NCBI GenBank assembly: GCA_965207065.1
Contig: OZ242260.1
Coordinates: forward strand, 2,304,001-2,368,000
Direction of reading: 5' to 3'
Source of the DNA: a bacterium
GTDB lineage: Bacteria > UBA8248
DNA length: 64,000 nucleotides
The position numbers and the translations under genes were made by a program. Shown piece by piece: positions 30,073 to 39,552 of this stretch. The notes beneath the pieces are model-generated. The model was not told the origin of the DNA. It was given only the letters and a program-made list of their open reading frames with translations, and made no database searches. Positions within the stretch are counted from its first letter, which is position 1; every line of letters begins with the position of its first letter.

Positions 30073-31083
30073 TCAGCACCTCGAGCGTTGTCCGTCTCCA
30101 TTGCCTGCGAGCATGGCGAGCAGCTTGTCGGGCGCCCGGAAGCGACCCGGCCGGAGGTCCGGCAATCGGGCGCCGTCGAGCATCTCGAGTTTTTCTGTGG
30201 GGTCGGCGTGCAGATAGACCTCGGTGCTCTGGATGGTCGCATGTCCGAGCCAGAGGGAGACCTTGCGCATGTCCCCGGTTGCCTGAAGCGTATGCATCGC
30301 GCAACTGTGTCTCAGGGTGTGGGGCGTCACGTGTTTGCCGGCGAGGCCCGGCTCCGCCCTGGCCGCGTTCTTCAGATGTTTTGCGAGTATGACGTTGAAC
30401 CCCCAGCGGCTCAGCCTTCGCCCGAGCCGGTTGTGGAACAGTTCCGGGTCGCCTTCGGGGTCGCGCAGGCGGAGCCATGCCTCGATGCCCGAGCGCGTCT
30501 CTTTCCAGAGCGGAAGTCTCCGCTCGCGGCGTCCCTTGCCCATGATCCGGACGCCGGCCGGCGCCCGGCGGTCGTAGTCGTCGAGCTTCAGGGCGGTCAG
30601 TTCACTGACGCGCAGTCCGCAGGCGTACGTCAGATGGAGCATGGCCCGGTCACGTATTCCGTCCCTTCGCCCCGGGTCGGGCGCGTCGAGCAGGGCCTTG
30701 ATCTCGGCGCGGGTGAGCCAGGCCACCAAGGCCTTGTCTGCCTTCTTCTTCGGGATCAGGGCGATCCGGACGGCTTGCTCCAGGGTGCCGGGCTCGCGCC
30801 ATTCGACGAAGCGGAAGAACGCCTTGACGGCCGCGAGGCGCGCGTTGCGCGTACTGACGGCCGCGCCCTTGCGCTCGACGTGCTCCAGGAAGGCGAGCAC
30901 CATATCCGCGTCGATCTGCTCGAGAGCAAGCTGCGAAGGTCTCACCCCGAGCCTGCGGGCGACGAAGCGCAGCAGCAGCGACAGCGCTCGCGAGTAGGCG
31001 TCCACCGTGTTCGGGCCGGCGCCCTTCTCAAAGGGGAGATGCTCGGACACGAAGGCGCTTGCATGCCGGGCCAGCGGGGTCAT
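30073..31083 (-). CDS. ritC: Tyrosine recombinase, RitC-type
   Basis: RDRAMLHLTYACGLRVSE, GKGRRER, HTLRHS, LGHATIQSTEVY; start MTPLARH. Confidence 0.9.
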   Translation of the reverse strand: MTPLARHASAFVSEHLPFEKGAGPNTVDAYSRALSLLLRFVARRLGVRPSQLALEQIDADMVLAFLEHVERKGAAVSTRNARLAAVKAFFRFVEWREPGTLEQAVRIALIPKKKADKALVAWLTRAEIKALLDAPDPGRRDGIRDRAMLHLTYACGLRVSELTALKLDDYDRRAPAGVRIMGKGRRERRLPLWKETRSGIEAWLRLRDPEGDPELFHNRLGRRLSRWGFNVILAKHLKNAARAEPGLAGKHVTPHTLRHSCAMHTLQATGDMRKVSLWLGHATIQSTEVYLHADPTEKLEMLDGARLPDLRPGRFRAPDKLLAMLAGNGDGQRSRC

Positions 31084-31997
31084 GACGCGTCCTCCCCATG
31101 GAAGGCTTCCGTCCGCCGGGCGACTTCTCCCAGCAGCGCCTCGGTGCTCTCGTGATACCACCAGGTATGGGCGACGGAGGCATGGCCGAGCCAGGCGCTG
31201 AGAGCGACCATGTGCCGGGCGACCGCCCGCCGCCCGGAGCCGCAGGCTTCGAGCGAGCGCACCGCGAAGGTGTGGCGCAAGTCGTGGATACGCGGGTTGC
31301 GCCCGTCTTCCCGCGCACCTGCGAGACCTGTGCGCGAGCGCATCCGGCGGAACACGGCGCGGGCCGCGGAAGGACCCATGCGGCCGCGGCCGTCGGCCAG
31401 GAAGAGGGCTTCGGTATCCGCCGGCACGCGAACCCGCGCCCGGAGGTGACGCGCGAGTTGCGTTTCGACCGTGGGATGGAAGGGCAGCAGGCGCCGTCCT
31501 CCACGCTTCGCCGTCCTGACCATCAGTCCCTCCGGGGTGACGTCATCCACGTCGATCGCCAGCGCCTCGCAGCCCCGCAGTCCGGTGGCGGCGATCAGCC
31601 CGAACAGGATCCGGTACTGGCCCGGGACCGGGCACCTGATCGTGGCGCACTCATCGGCCACGGCCAGGAGCGCGGCGATCTCGGAAGCAGAGTAGATGTA
31701 GGGCTTGGGCCGCACCCGGTGCGCGCGGGGCAGGACGTCCGCCGGAGGCGCCTCGTGCCGGGGGTCCTCCACGGCCATCGCCAGGGCGAAGCGGCGCACG
31801 AGCAACACCAGTCTGCGCCGCTGCAGGGCCGATGAGGAACGGCGCGCCCATTCGAGGACGCTCTGCGTGTTGACGTGGCTATCGCCGCGGGCCTGCGCGA
31901 AGGCGGCGTAGTTCGCGAGACGCCGGGCGTCCTTGCGGAAGCTGCGCCCGGCGGCGCGGATGGAGGCGACGTATCGCTCGACGGCATCGACGATCAT
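31080..31997 (-). CDS. ritB: Tyrosine recombinase, RitB-type
   Basis: Start MIVDAVERY (4-bp overlap); ATGLRGCEAL, HDLRHTFAV, LGHASVAHTWWY. Confidence 0.88.
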   Translation of the reverse strand: MIVDAVERYVASIRAAGRSFRKDARRLANYAAFAQARGDSHVNTQSVLEWARRSSSALQRRRLVLLVRRFALAMAVEDPRHEAPPADVLPRAHRVRPKPYIYSASEIAALLAVADECATIRCPVPGQYRILFGLIAATGLRGCEALAIDVDDVTPEGLMVRTAKRGGRRLLPFHPTVETQLARHLRARVRVPADTEALFLADGRGRMGPSAARAVFRRMRSRTGLAGAREDGRNPRIHDLRHTFAVRSLEACGSGRRAVARHMVALSAWLGHASVAHTWWYHESTEALLGEVARRTEAFHGEDAS

Positions 31998-33235
31998 GAC
32001 GCGCCTCCCGGCCAGGGCTGCGCAATCTCGCGAAGCCGTATCGGGTCCGTTCTGGCGTAGATGGAAGTGGTCAGTATACTCCTGTGCCGCAGGAGCGTGG
32101 CGATGGTCTCCAGCGTGGCGCCGTCTTCGAGCAACCGGCAGGCCACCGAATGGCGAAGCAGGTTTACGCCTCCCGATGGAGTATCCTCCAATCCCGCGCG
32201 GCGCAGGGCGCTCGCGACGATTGAGCCGACGACGGACGAGGAGGAGAAGGGACGCCAGGGCGGACGCATACAGAGGAACACGTGCGGGTCGTCCAACGGC
32301 GGCCGCCCGTCCTTCAGCCAGACGAGGATGGCGTCGCCGACCTCCTGGGGCAGGGGCAGCGTGGCCTCGCGACGCCCCTTGCCCGTGACGCGCAGACGTC
32401 CGCGCCGCCAGTCGATCTGCTCGAACGTCAGGCCGCCGGCGTCGCCCGCCCTGAGCCCCAGCCGGGCGACCAGGAGCAGGAAGGCGAGGTCCCGCCGTCC
32501 GATCGCCGTGCCCGTGTCGCAGGAGGCGAGGAGCCGCTCCACCTCCGCCGCCTTCAGGCCGCGCGGAACGTTGTCGCGCCGCGGCATGACGACGCACGGC
32601 ACGGCTCTTGCCAATATCGCCGGACACCGGTCGAGCGCGGCGTTGTACCCGAGCCAGGAGCGTAGCGCCGTCGCTCTCGACTTCCGGGAGGGCAACTTCC
32701 CGGACAGACCCGCGTGGGAGAACGCCGCGCGAAGGTTCGCGGCGTCGTAGCGCGCCGGGTCCGTGCCGACCAGCGGCAGCAGTTGGCTCAGCGCGCACTC
32801 GTAGCGCCGCAGGCTCGAGGCGGCCAGCCCCTTGTGCCGCCCAAGCCAGTCGAGCCAGGCCGCGACCTCCGGCGCCCGTTCCGGCGTTCGCACCGCCGGA
32901 GCATCGGTCACCCCGCTCCCTGAGAGGAACCGCACGAACCTTCGCACCCCGTAGAGGTACCTCTTGCCGGGCGGACGGCGGCGCGCCCCGGGACAGCGGC
33001 ACTCATGAGCGCCGAAGCGAGCCACATCGCTCTCGACGGCGTCATCCGGACATCTGCCCGTCAAGTGAAGCCAATGGCAAAAATGCCGGGCTGCCTGAAC
33101 GTATCCCTCCACCGTCGAGCAAGTGTGATCGAGTTGGAACAGATGATGCCGGTAGGCGTCGACGTGCCGGGCGTGCGGCCCCATGTCCATCAACCAGCGT
33201 CGTGTGACAGGATCGAATCGTGTCGTATCGGGCAT
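31994..33235 (-). CDS. ritA: Tyrosine recombinase, RitA-type (413 aa)
   Basis: RDLAFLLLVARLGLRAGD, GKGRRE, NLLRHS, LLRHRSILTTSIYA. Confidence 0.9.
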   Translation of the reverse strand: MPDTTRFDPVTRRWLMDMGPHARHVDAYRHHLFQLDHTCSTVEGYVQAARHFCHWLHLTGRCPDDAVESDVARFGAHECRCPGARRRPPGKRYLYGVRRFVRFLSGSGVTDAPAVRTPERAPEVAAWLDWLGRHKGLAASSLRRYECALSQLLPLVGTDPARYDAANLRAAFSHAGLSGKLPSRKSRATALRSWLGYNAALDRCPAILARAVPCVVMPRRDNVPRGLKAAEVERLLASCDTGTAIGRRDLAFLLLVARLGLRAGDAGGLTFEQIDWRRGRLRVTGKGRREATLPLPQEVGDAILVWLKDGRPPLDDPHVFLCMRPPWRPFSSSSVVGSIVASALRRAGLEDTPSGGVNLLRHSVACRLLEDGATLETIATLLRHRSILTTSIYARTDPIRLREIAQPWPGGAS

Positions 33236-33273
33236 CGTAACCTCCTGTTGTGAATAGGCGCCCGAAGCGCGGG

Positions 33274-33383
33274 CGCGGACAGGAGAGACGATGCAAAAGT
33301 TATGTGGAGTTCGCTACCCGCAAACCACACAAAAACTACGAACTCCAGGATGAACTCCACATAACCATGAACTCCACATAATC
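33274..33383 (-). repeat. RIT2 right inverted repeat (110 bp)
   Basis: Reverse complement of 29910-30019 with one mismatch. Confidence 0.95.
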
Positions 33384-33413
33384 CCGGTTATGTAGAGCTC
33401 TACATAACCGGGA
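33382..33413. repeat. Perfect 32-bp palindrome at RIT2 right end
   Basis: TCCCGGTTATGTAGAG-CTCTACATAACCGGGA. Confidence 0.95.
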
Positions 33414-33836
33414 CGTCGGGCGCACCGTCTGGGCGGCGGCGGATCGTCACGAGGGGCTTGTTGCCGGGCGGGTGGGGCGGATCGGAAACCTCGCTCGTGA
33501 GCGTGGCGCCAGGTGTCTCGAAGCGGAGCAGGACCCGTCCCCGGGACACCTCGACGGCGCCGCCGCCCGCCCGGCCGGGGTCGGTCAGGGTGATGACCGG
33601 CGGCTCGCCCCGCTCGCTGAAGCGGTCGGGGACCGGCCACGCCGCGTCCGGGTCCCGGGGATCGGCGCCTTCCCAGGCGGCGTCCACGAAAACCCTGCGG
33701 CAACGAACGTTCGGCCGCCGGTCCGCATGGGCGTTCTCGACGGCCTTTTCCAGCGCCTCCTCGAGGGTCTCCGCCTCCACGGTGAGCGTATCTGTGAAGC
33801 GGGCCGCGTATCCGCACCGGACGGTCCAGGGCTTTT

Positions 33837-35546
33837 TCATGGAGATACCTCCTCTTCGGCCAGGTCGATGCCGACGGCGCCGCCTCGCACGGTGATGGTG
33901 ACGGCGCGGTCCCTGGGGATGAGCCAGAACAGTTCGCGCCGCACCGCACAGGCGATCGTGCGCCTGAGCGCCTCCTCTTCCGAGCACAGGAGACCGATGG
34001 CCAGGTGCAGGGCTTCCTCCTCGAAGCGGGCGCGCTGCGTCTCCCAGCTGTCGGCGTCCGCCTCGTCAGATGGTGAAAACCAGGCGTCGCGCAGGACGTC
34101 GGCGAGTTCGGCCGGTTCGATGGCGCTCCCCGCCGTGACCAGCGGCCGGACGTCTGCGAGCCAGGCCCATGCCTCGCCCGCGAAGGCGAGGTCGGCGTCG
34201 AGCGCGATGGTTTCACTCGTACCCTCCGGGCCCTCGACGGCCAGGCTCATGCGGATCGCGTCCGGCCTCGGGAAAGGCTCGTTGGACGGTCCTGACCGCT
34301 CGGGCGGGGCCTGAAAATCCTCGAGGGGACGGGCCTCGCCGCCGAGAGCGACATCGGTACTGACGTCCTTGATGCGTGGGAGGGCGTCGTACCAGGGGTA
34401 TCCCTGGAATCTGCGGTCGGCCTCGAAGAGCCTCGGCGCCGTTCCGCCGCGCTCGGCGGCGCGCCAGAGCGCCTGCGCTTCTGGGGGTTCGAGTTCCGTA
34501 TCCATAACGAGCGCGTCGGCAGGCAGGGGCTCGGGAGACGGTCCCGCGAGCCAGTTGTCGATATCGGCGACGGGCGGCCGCCAGGGGCGGAGCGCAGGCG
34601 ACGGCGCCGGCAGTTCGACCCCGGCCGCACGCGCGCGCTTCCACTCCCCGAATGCGATGACCGGCGCGGTCTCGGCCCTGGCCATCGCCCGGTAGATGGC
34701 GGTACGAGCCGCTTCGCGCATCTCCTCCAGGAAGGGCGTCTCGACCGCTTCCTTGCGCGCGGGCAGGACGAGTTCGAGTCCGGGACAGTCCCGGACATCG
34801 GCGCGTACCGACCAGGCCGGGCCGTCGACGGGATGCACCGTGGGCAGGCGGACCGGCAGGATCAGGCCGTGGAAGTTCAGGTCCGGTTCGTCGCGGTAGC
34901 GGCTTCTGTCCGCGAAGACGCCGAAGGCGAGGCCTCGCCAGGACTCCGCGTGGACGGCGTTTTCGAGGAAGTCCCGGCGCGGGAGGGCCTCGCCGTCAAG
35001 CGCGATCGGGAGGGGGTTGTGCCGGGCCGCGTTCTCGAGCGCGCGCCGGATGACCTCTCGATTCTCTTCCGTACGGAAGCGGACCGCCGTCCCGTGGGGA
35101 CGGGGCGCCTCCTCGTCGGGGACGACTATCGCCTCCGCCTCTCCCAGGAAGTGGGCGGGCGTGAGTTCGACGCGCCAGCCGGCGCCCGGGCACGCCCTCG
35201 ACGCAACCGTGCAGCCGCGGCGCGCGAGGCTCAGGAAACCCATACCGGCCGCGTCCTCGCGCCTCACCAGTTCCTCGCTCCAGCCGTTCTCGCCGAAGGA
35301 GAGGAGCACGGCGGGATCGGCGATCCCGGCCCCGTCATCGGTGATGGTGACGGCCTGTGCGCCGGATATCTCCTCGATAGTGACGCGGAGGCGCGTCGCT
35401 CCCGCCCGGCGGCTGTTCTGGAGCGCCTCGGTGAAGACGTCTGCGAGCCGCGCCGTGTACATCCTCGTGACGCGATGAAGGGCGCCCTCGTGGATACGGG
35501 CGCGGATCCGGTCGGGGTGCGGCGAAGCATTCGGTGTATCGTTCAT
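33837..35546 (-). CDS. GHKL (HATPase_c) ATPase-domain protein
   Basis: EALQNSRRAGA, ITDDGAGI, AGMGFLSL, GTAVRF; long unknown C-terminus. Confidence 0.8.
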   Translation of the reverse strand: MNDTPNASPHPDRIRARIHEGALHRVTRMYTARLADVFTEALQNSRRAGATRLRVTIEEISGAQAVTITDDGAGIADPAVLLSFGENGWSEELVRREDAAGMGFLSLARRGCTVASRACPGAGWRVELTPAHFLGEAEAIVVPDEEAPRPHGTAVRFRTEENREVIRRALENAARHNPLPIALDGEALPRRDFLENAVHAESWRGLAFGVFADRSRYRDEPDLNFHGLILPVRLPTVHPVDGPAWSVRADVRDCPGLELVLPARKEAVETPFLEEMREAARTAIYRAMARAETAPVIAFGEWKRARAAGVELPAPSPALRPWRPPVADIDNWLAGPSPEPLPADALVMDTELEPPEAQALWRAAERGGTAPRLFEADRRFQGYPWYDALPRIKDVSTDVALGGEARPLEDFQAPPERSGPSNEPFPRPDAIRMSLAVEGPEGTSETIALDADLAFAGEAWAWLADVRPLVTAGSAIEPAELADVLRDAWFSPSDEADADSWETQRARFEEEALHLAIGLLCSEEEALRRTIACAVRRELFWLIPRDRAVTITVRGGAVGIDLAEEEVSP

Positions 35547-35572
35547 GTCCTGGACTCCTTTAGACGTGAAAA

Positions 35573-35607
35573 CGAAAAAGCGCCCCGCAGCAAATGCCGC
35601 GGGGCGC
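35573..35607 (-). terminator. Intrinsic terminator after the ParB-like gene
   Basis: Minus strand GCGCCCCGCGGCA-TT-TGCTGCGGGGCGC-TTTTT. Confidence 0.65.
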
Positions 35608-35628
35608 CGTTCTGGACGTATTTGCGGG

Positions 35629-37872
35629 TCAGTCCCCGCGCAGGAACTCCGGGATATCGGTCCCTTCGCCGTTCACGGCGTCGAATCCCTGGACGATCAC
35701 CCTCGGACTCCCGTCCGCGGTGGGGACCGCGTTCATCGCGTCGATCGCCCGGGCGAGGTCCCCGCCCGACGGGGCGTCGCCTCCGGCGGTATCGTCTGCG
35801 GCGGGGCCGGATTCCGCGTCGGAGGCCTCTTCATCGACGGCTTCCGGTCCGGTTTCCCCGGCCGGCGGGTCTTCCTCCACGGCCTCCTCCACCCGGCCTG
35901 AGTCGAAGGGCGCGAAGCCGGGCGGCGTCCAGGCGAGTGCGGCGGCGTGCGCCCTTTCTTTCAGTCCTTCGGGCGGGTCGGCGGCGAAGGCTTCTTCCAT
36001 CGCGCAGGCCAGGTCAGCCTTCTTGTACTTCGAGCGGGCGGAGGCCCAGACGGAACCCAGCGTCGCGCGCGCGATGGCGAGGATGCGGGCCTTCGTGATG
36101 CGCGACCAGAACATTGCGGCGGAAGGCCGCACGTGTTTCGCAAAATCGATATCGAGCCTGGCGACCGTGGCCTCGAATTCGGGCCGGGCATCGGGCTCGA
36201 AGGCAAGCTGGCCCTTGAGCGCCCGTGCGACCGCCGCCGCGAACAGGGCCTGTTTCTCTACGAGGGGGAGCGCCCGCATCTTCGCGAAGGACTCGCCCTC
36301 GTCTTCGACTTCCATCCAGTCGAGGGAGAGACCCGAACGGTCTTCGAGCATGGCTTCGCCTGAGCTCCAGGCGGAAAAATCCTCGTCGTTTGCCCGCGAC
36401 GGCGGCCTGTCGGCGGTCACCCTGAAGGCGATGTCGAGGGCGCCCGCCATGTGGTCATCGGCGAAGGCGGCACGGGCGAACTGGAAGAGCGTCAGGTCGA
36501 AGGCCGCCTCGAAGTCCCCCGACAAGTGCGCCTTGACGAGCGTCGTTCGGACGGCGCGCAAATCATCGGCGAGTCCGACCCCGATCCCGGTCTCCTTGCG
36601 CGCCTGAACGCGCGGGTCGGGGGGCGCCGCGAGCGGCGCGTCCACGCGGCCCGGATCGGCGCCGTTTGCCTCGCCCGCGTCCGTGCGCTCGGGCATGTTC
36701 TCAGGCTTGACCAGGCCCTCGATTAGCTTAAGTTCGCCGTCGTAGCCGACCGTGGCGATGCAACCCGCCAACTTGTAGTCACCCGGGAGGAACGCGGCCC
36801 GCGCGCTAACGGCCTCATCGATCGCACGGAGGCGCGACTCGATCCCTTTGGCCTCACAGGCGTGTTCCTCGGTCCACTCGTCGTCATCCAGATCTACGAG
36901 CTCGTCTTGGCGGATGCGCAGGCTCTCCCGTTCGCTCTTCTCCTCATCGGTGGGAGCGCCCGGCTCGGGGCTTATCCGCCCGAACGTCGAGACTGCGCTC
37001 CAGTCGGCCTCGAGCACCGCCTCGGCCCACTTCCAGCGCTTCTCGAGTTCTTCCGCCGCTTCCCGGAGCTTCCCTATAGCGAGTTCGTTCAGGAGCACGG
37101 GGTCGTCGAACCATATTCCCCGGGTGTCCTCTTCCGCGAACAGGTCACGCGTGAGCGTCCCGCCCGCCGCCTCGTAGGCTTCTTCGCCCACGAACTGCGC
37201 CACGGCCGCGACGGCGGACACGCTCTCCTCCGTCAGCTTACCCCTCACCTGCCAGCCGCTCGGGCGGTAGCCCTGGGTTTTCACTTGCTCCCAGACCGCC
37301 CTCTGGCGGGCGTGGTCGGTCGTGACCGTGAAGGCTTTCAGGGTGTCCAGGTCCATCTCCCCCGCCCGGTAGGCGTCGAGCAGCTCGGGCGCGGCGCCGC
37401 CGAGACTCAGGCGCTGTTCGACCAGGCGCTCCGTCAAGCCGAAACGCGCCGCGATCGCGGATACGGAGACCCCCGCTTCGGCGAGACCGGTGAACGCGAC
37501 GACCTGGTCGGCGGGGTGCATGGCGACACGCACCACGTTCTCGGCGAGCGATAGTTCTCCTGCGTTCTCATCAGCCCCGGTCACCCGGCAGGGCACGGGG
37601 TGGTCCACGTCCAGCACTCCTTCTTCTGCGAGCGCTTTCATGGCTGCCAGGCGGCGTCCGCCGGCGACCACGGCGTAGTGCTCTATACCGTTTCCGCCGG
37701 GGTGTTCTACCCTGACGATCAGGTTCTCCAGCAGGTCGTGGGCCGCGATGGAGGCCTTGAGCTCCGCGAAGGCTGCCGGGTCCGCCGGCGTCTTGCGGAC
37801 GTTCTCCGGCGCGAGCTCCAGCCGGCTCAGCGGAATGGAACGGATGGTTGGCTCGGGATGGGTCATGCGCAT
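35629..37872 (-). CDS. ParB/RepB/Spo0J-family protein (long leading-region type)
   Basis: ENVRK, ELKASIAAHDLLENLIV, VVAGGRRL, SLAENVVR, HTH IAARFG; acidic tail. Confidence 0.88.
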   Translation of the reverse strand: MRMTHPEPTIRSIPLSRLELAPENVRKTPADPAAFAELKASIAAHDLLENLIVRVEHPGGNGIEHYAVVAGGRRLAAMKALAEEGVLDVDHPVPCRVTGADENAGELSLAENVVRVAMHPADQVVAFTGLAEAGVSVSAIAARFGLTERLVEQRLSLGGAAPELLDAYRAGEMDLDTLKAFTVTTDHARQRAVWEQVKTQGYRPSGWQVRGKLTEESVSAVAAVAQFVGEEAYEAAGGTLTRDLFAEEDTRGIWFDDPVLLNELAIGKLREAAEELEKRWKWAEAVLEADWSAVSTFGRISPEPGAPTDEEKSERESLRIRQDELVDLDDDEWTEEHACEAKGIESRLRAIDEAVSARAAFLPGDYKLAGCIATVGYDGELKLIEGLVKPENMPERTDAGEANGADPGRVDAPLAAPPDPRVQARKETGIGVGLADDLRAVRTTLVKAHLSGDFEAAFDLTLFQFARAAFADDHMAGALDIAFRVTADRPPSRANDEDFSAWSSGEAMLEDRSGLSLDWMEVEDEGESFAKMRALPLVEKQALFAAAVARALKGQLAFEPDARPEFEATVARLDIDFAKHVRPSAAMFWSRITKARILAIARATLGSVWASARSKYKKADLACAMEEAFAADPPEGLKERAHAAALAWTPPGFAPFDSGRVEEAVEEDPPAGETGPEAVDEEASDAESGPAADDTAGGDAPSGGDLARAIDAMNAVPTADGSPRVIVQGFDAVNGEGTDIPEFLRGD

Positions 37873-38512
37873 CTCCTCCTGTGGATGGGATGGGAACGTG
37901 CCGGGAACCCTCTCCGGTCTCCGGCTTCACCCTCGCCCCGCCCGGCTCGGCCTCCCGGCGGTGAGAGGCGAGTTGCAGGAGATATGAGCGATTCCTGGGG
38001 CGCCTGCGTTCAGCGTCGATTGAACCACGCAACGGAGGCTACGGGCCGGTTTTACAGGTGGTTCGGAGAGAGTGCGGGTTGGTGGAATCCCGACCGGAGG
38101 GTGCGCAGCTTTCGATGACCGGTGGCTCCCGGGTCAAGTCTTCACCCCGATTCCACTCTTCTGGCCGTCATCGGCGAAATCCGTTTTTCCCGTGATACCG
38201 CGCGGCGCACCCGTGAATTTCAGGTGATCAGGTTTCCCGGCATGGACCTGTATTGCGGTTCGTTTATTTTCGTATTATATTCGTATTCATGGATATCTTT
38301 CTTTCCGAGTTCAAGCGACAGCTTCTCCCCCGTACGGAGTCGCGGGGCTCCGCCTCACTCCCGTACATGCCGTTGCTGTGGAGGAAAATCACTTTTTTTG
38401 CCATATCCCTGCGCAGCCGTTCGCAATTGAGAGCGGGGTTGGCAAAAAATCGCAGGAAACTAGATATATTTAGTTATTTATAAGATAATATATATTCATA
38501 TATATTTATCGC

Positions 38513-39250
38513 ATGAAGACGTTCACTCATCACACACAGATTCCCCTGGACGACAAATTGAACCGCTGCGTTGCCGCGTGGTGCGCGCGCCACGGCGTGA
38601 GCACGAGATATCTCGGGAGGGCCGCGCTCGGAGATCCGGATTTCGTTGACGAACTGCGCCGGGGACGCTCCGTGGGGATGAAGACGGCGGACAGGGTGCT
38701 CGCCTTCATGGGGGTTCCGCCGCTGGGACCGGCCTTCAGGAGCGAGGTCGAGGCGTTTATGGCCTTGACGGGGACCAAGCCGCGGGTGCTTGGCGAGGAG
38801 GCCACGGGCAGTCCTTCCTTCGTGTGGAAACTGCGCCGCGGGTATTCGCCGCGGCTTGCGACGATTGAGCGGGTGCGCACTTGGATGGCTTCGCACGTGA
38901 GCGAAGAGGATCTGAGGGTTATCCGCGCCCGGGTGACGGATACAGCCGGTATGAAACCTTTCCAGCGGGCGGCGTCCCGCCCGCAGACTACAGGGGTCCC
39001 GACTGGCGGGACCGAGACAGAAGGGGAGATATGCATGAAAGGGAATGACAAGCATTACCTGAGCACGCGGGAAGCGGCGGAGTGGCTGGGCCTCTCGCCG
39101 AGGACGCTGGACCGCTACCGCGTGAGCGGGGCGGGGCCTGCGTTTCATCGTTTCGGTTCGCGGGTGCGCTACCTCCTCGCGGACCTGGAGGCGTGGGCCG
39201 CTGCGCGGAGGCGGACCTCCACCTCGGACGACGGAAGGAGGGTTGCGTGA
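38513..39250 (+). CDS. Multi-HTH DNA-binding protein (two Cro-like repeats plus excisionase/AlpA-like HTH)
   Basis: Repeats LGRAALGDPDFVDELRRGRS...RVLAFM and LGEEATGSPSFVWKLRRGYS...RVRTWM; C-terminal YLSTREAAEWLGLSPRTL...GPAFHRFGSRVRY. Confidence 0.75.
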   Translation: MKTFTHHTQIPLDDKLNRCVAAWCARHGVSTRYLGRAALGDPDFVDELRRGRSVGMKTADRVLAFMGVPPLGPAFRSEVEAFMALTGTKPRVLGEEATGSPSFVWKLRRGYSPRLATIERVRTWMASHVSEEDLRVIRARVTDTAGMKPFQRAASRPQTTGVPTGGTETEGEICMKGNDKHYLSTREAAEWLGLSPRTLDRYRVSGAGPAFHRFGSRVRYLLADLEAWAAARRRTSTSDDGRRVA

Positions 39251-39546
39251 TGAGAACGTATTTCAGGGGAAAGCATCTGCTCGCGGCGCTCGTCTGGACG
39301 CTGTGTGAAGTGGAGGCTGTCTTCGCGACGACGGACACGACGTTCGCGGGTCCGCTCGGCACGGTGACGGACATCGTCTCGGGCACGGGCGGACAGCTGG
39401 CTGCCGCGCTCGCGGTGGGCGCCGCCCTGGTGGGTTCGGTGCTTCGCTTCAACGCGGGGCAGATCGCGGGCGCGGTGGGGGTGGGCATTGCGGCGGGCGC
39501 GGGCACGGGCGTCGTGACCGGCCTCGTGGGCACGGCGATCGTATGA
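39250..39546 (+). CDS. traA: Conjugative pilin precursor
   Basis: Signal peptide plus two Gly/Ala-rich hydrophobic helices; directly upstream of traL. Confidence 0.7.
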   Translation: MRTYFRGKHLLAALVWTLCEVEAVFATTDTTFAGPLGTVTDIVSGTGGQLAAALAVGAALVGSVLRFNAGQIAGAVGVGIAAGAGTGVVTGLVGTAIV

Positions 39547-39552
39547 GGAGGG

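Larger units (their letters stand above)
29912..33413 (-). mobile_element. Recombinase-in-trio (RIT) element 2
   Basis: Three overlapping tyrosine recombinase genes, 110-bp IRs, 32-bp palindrome at right end, GA shared at both junctions. Confidence 0.92.
29865..33840 (-). pseudogene. Hypothetical protein (157 aa when rejoined) interrupted by RIT element 2
   Basis: MKKPWTVRCGY...RRRPDGAPDV joins in frame to TVIDGRARVRILGF*; ATGA overlap with the upstream ATPase gene. Confidence 0.75.

Noticed and set aside
31080-33002. 640-aa ORF as a long recombinase fusion
   Set aside because: The N-terminal half is an alternate frame overlapping ritA; the real ritB starts at 31997 with the usual 4-bp overlap.
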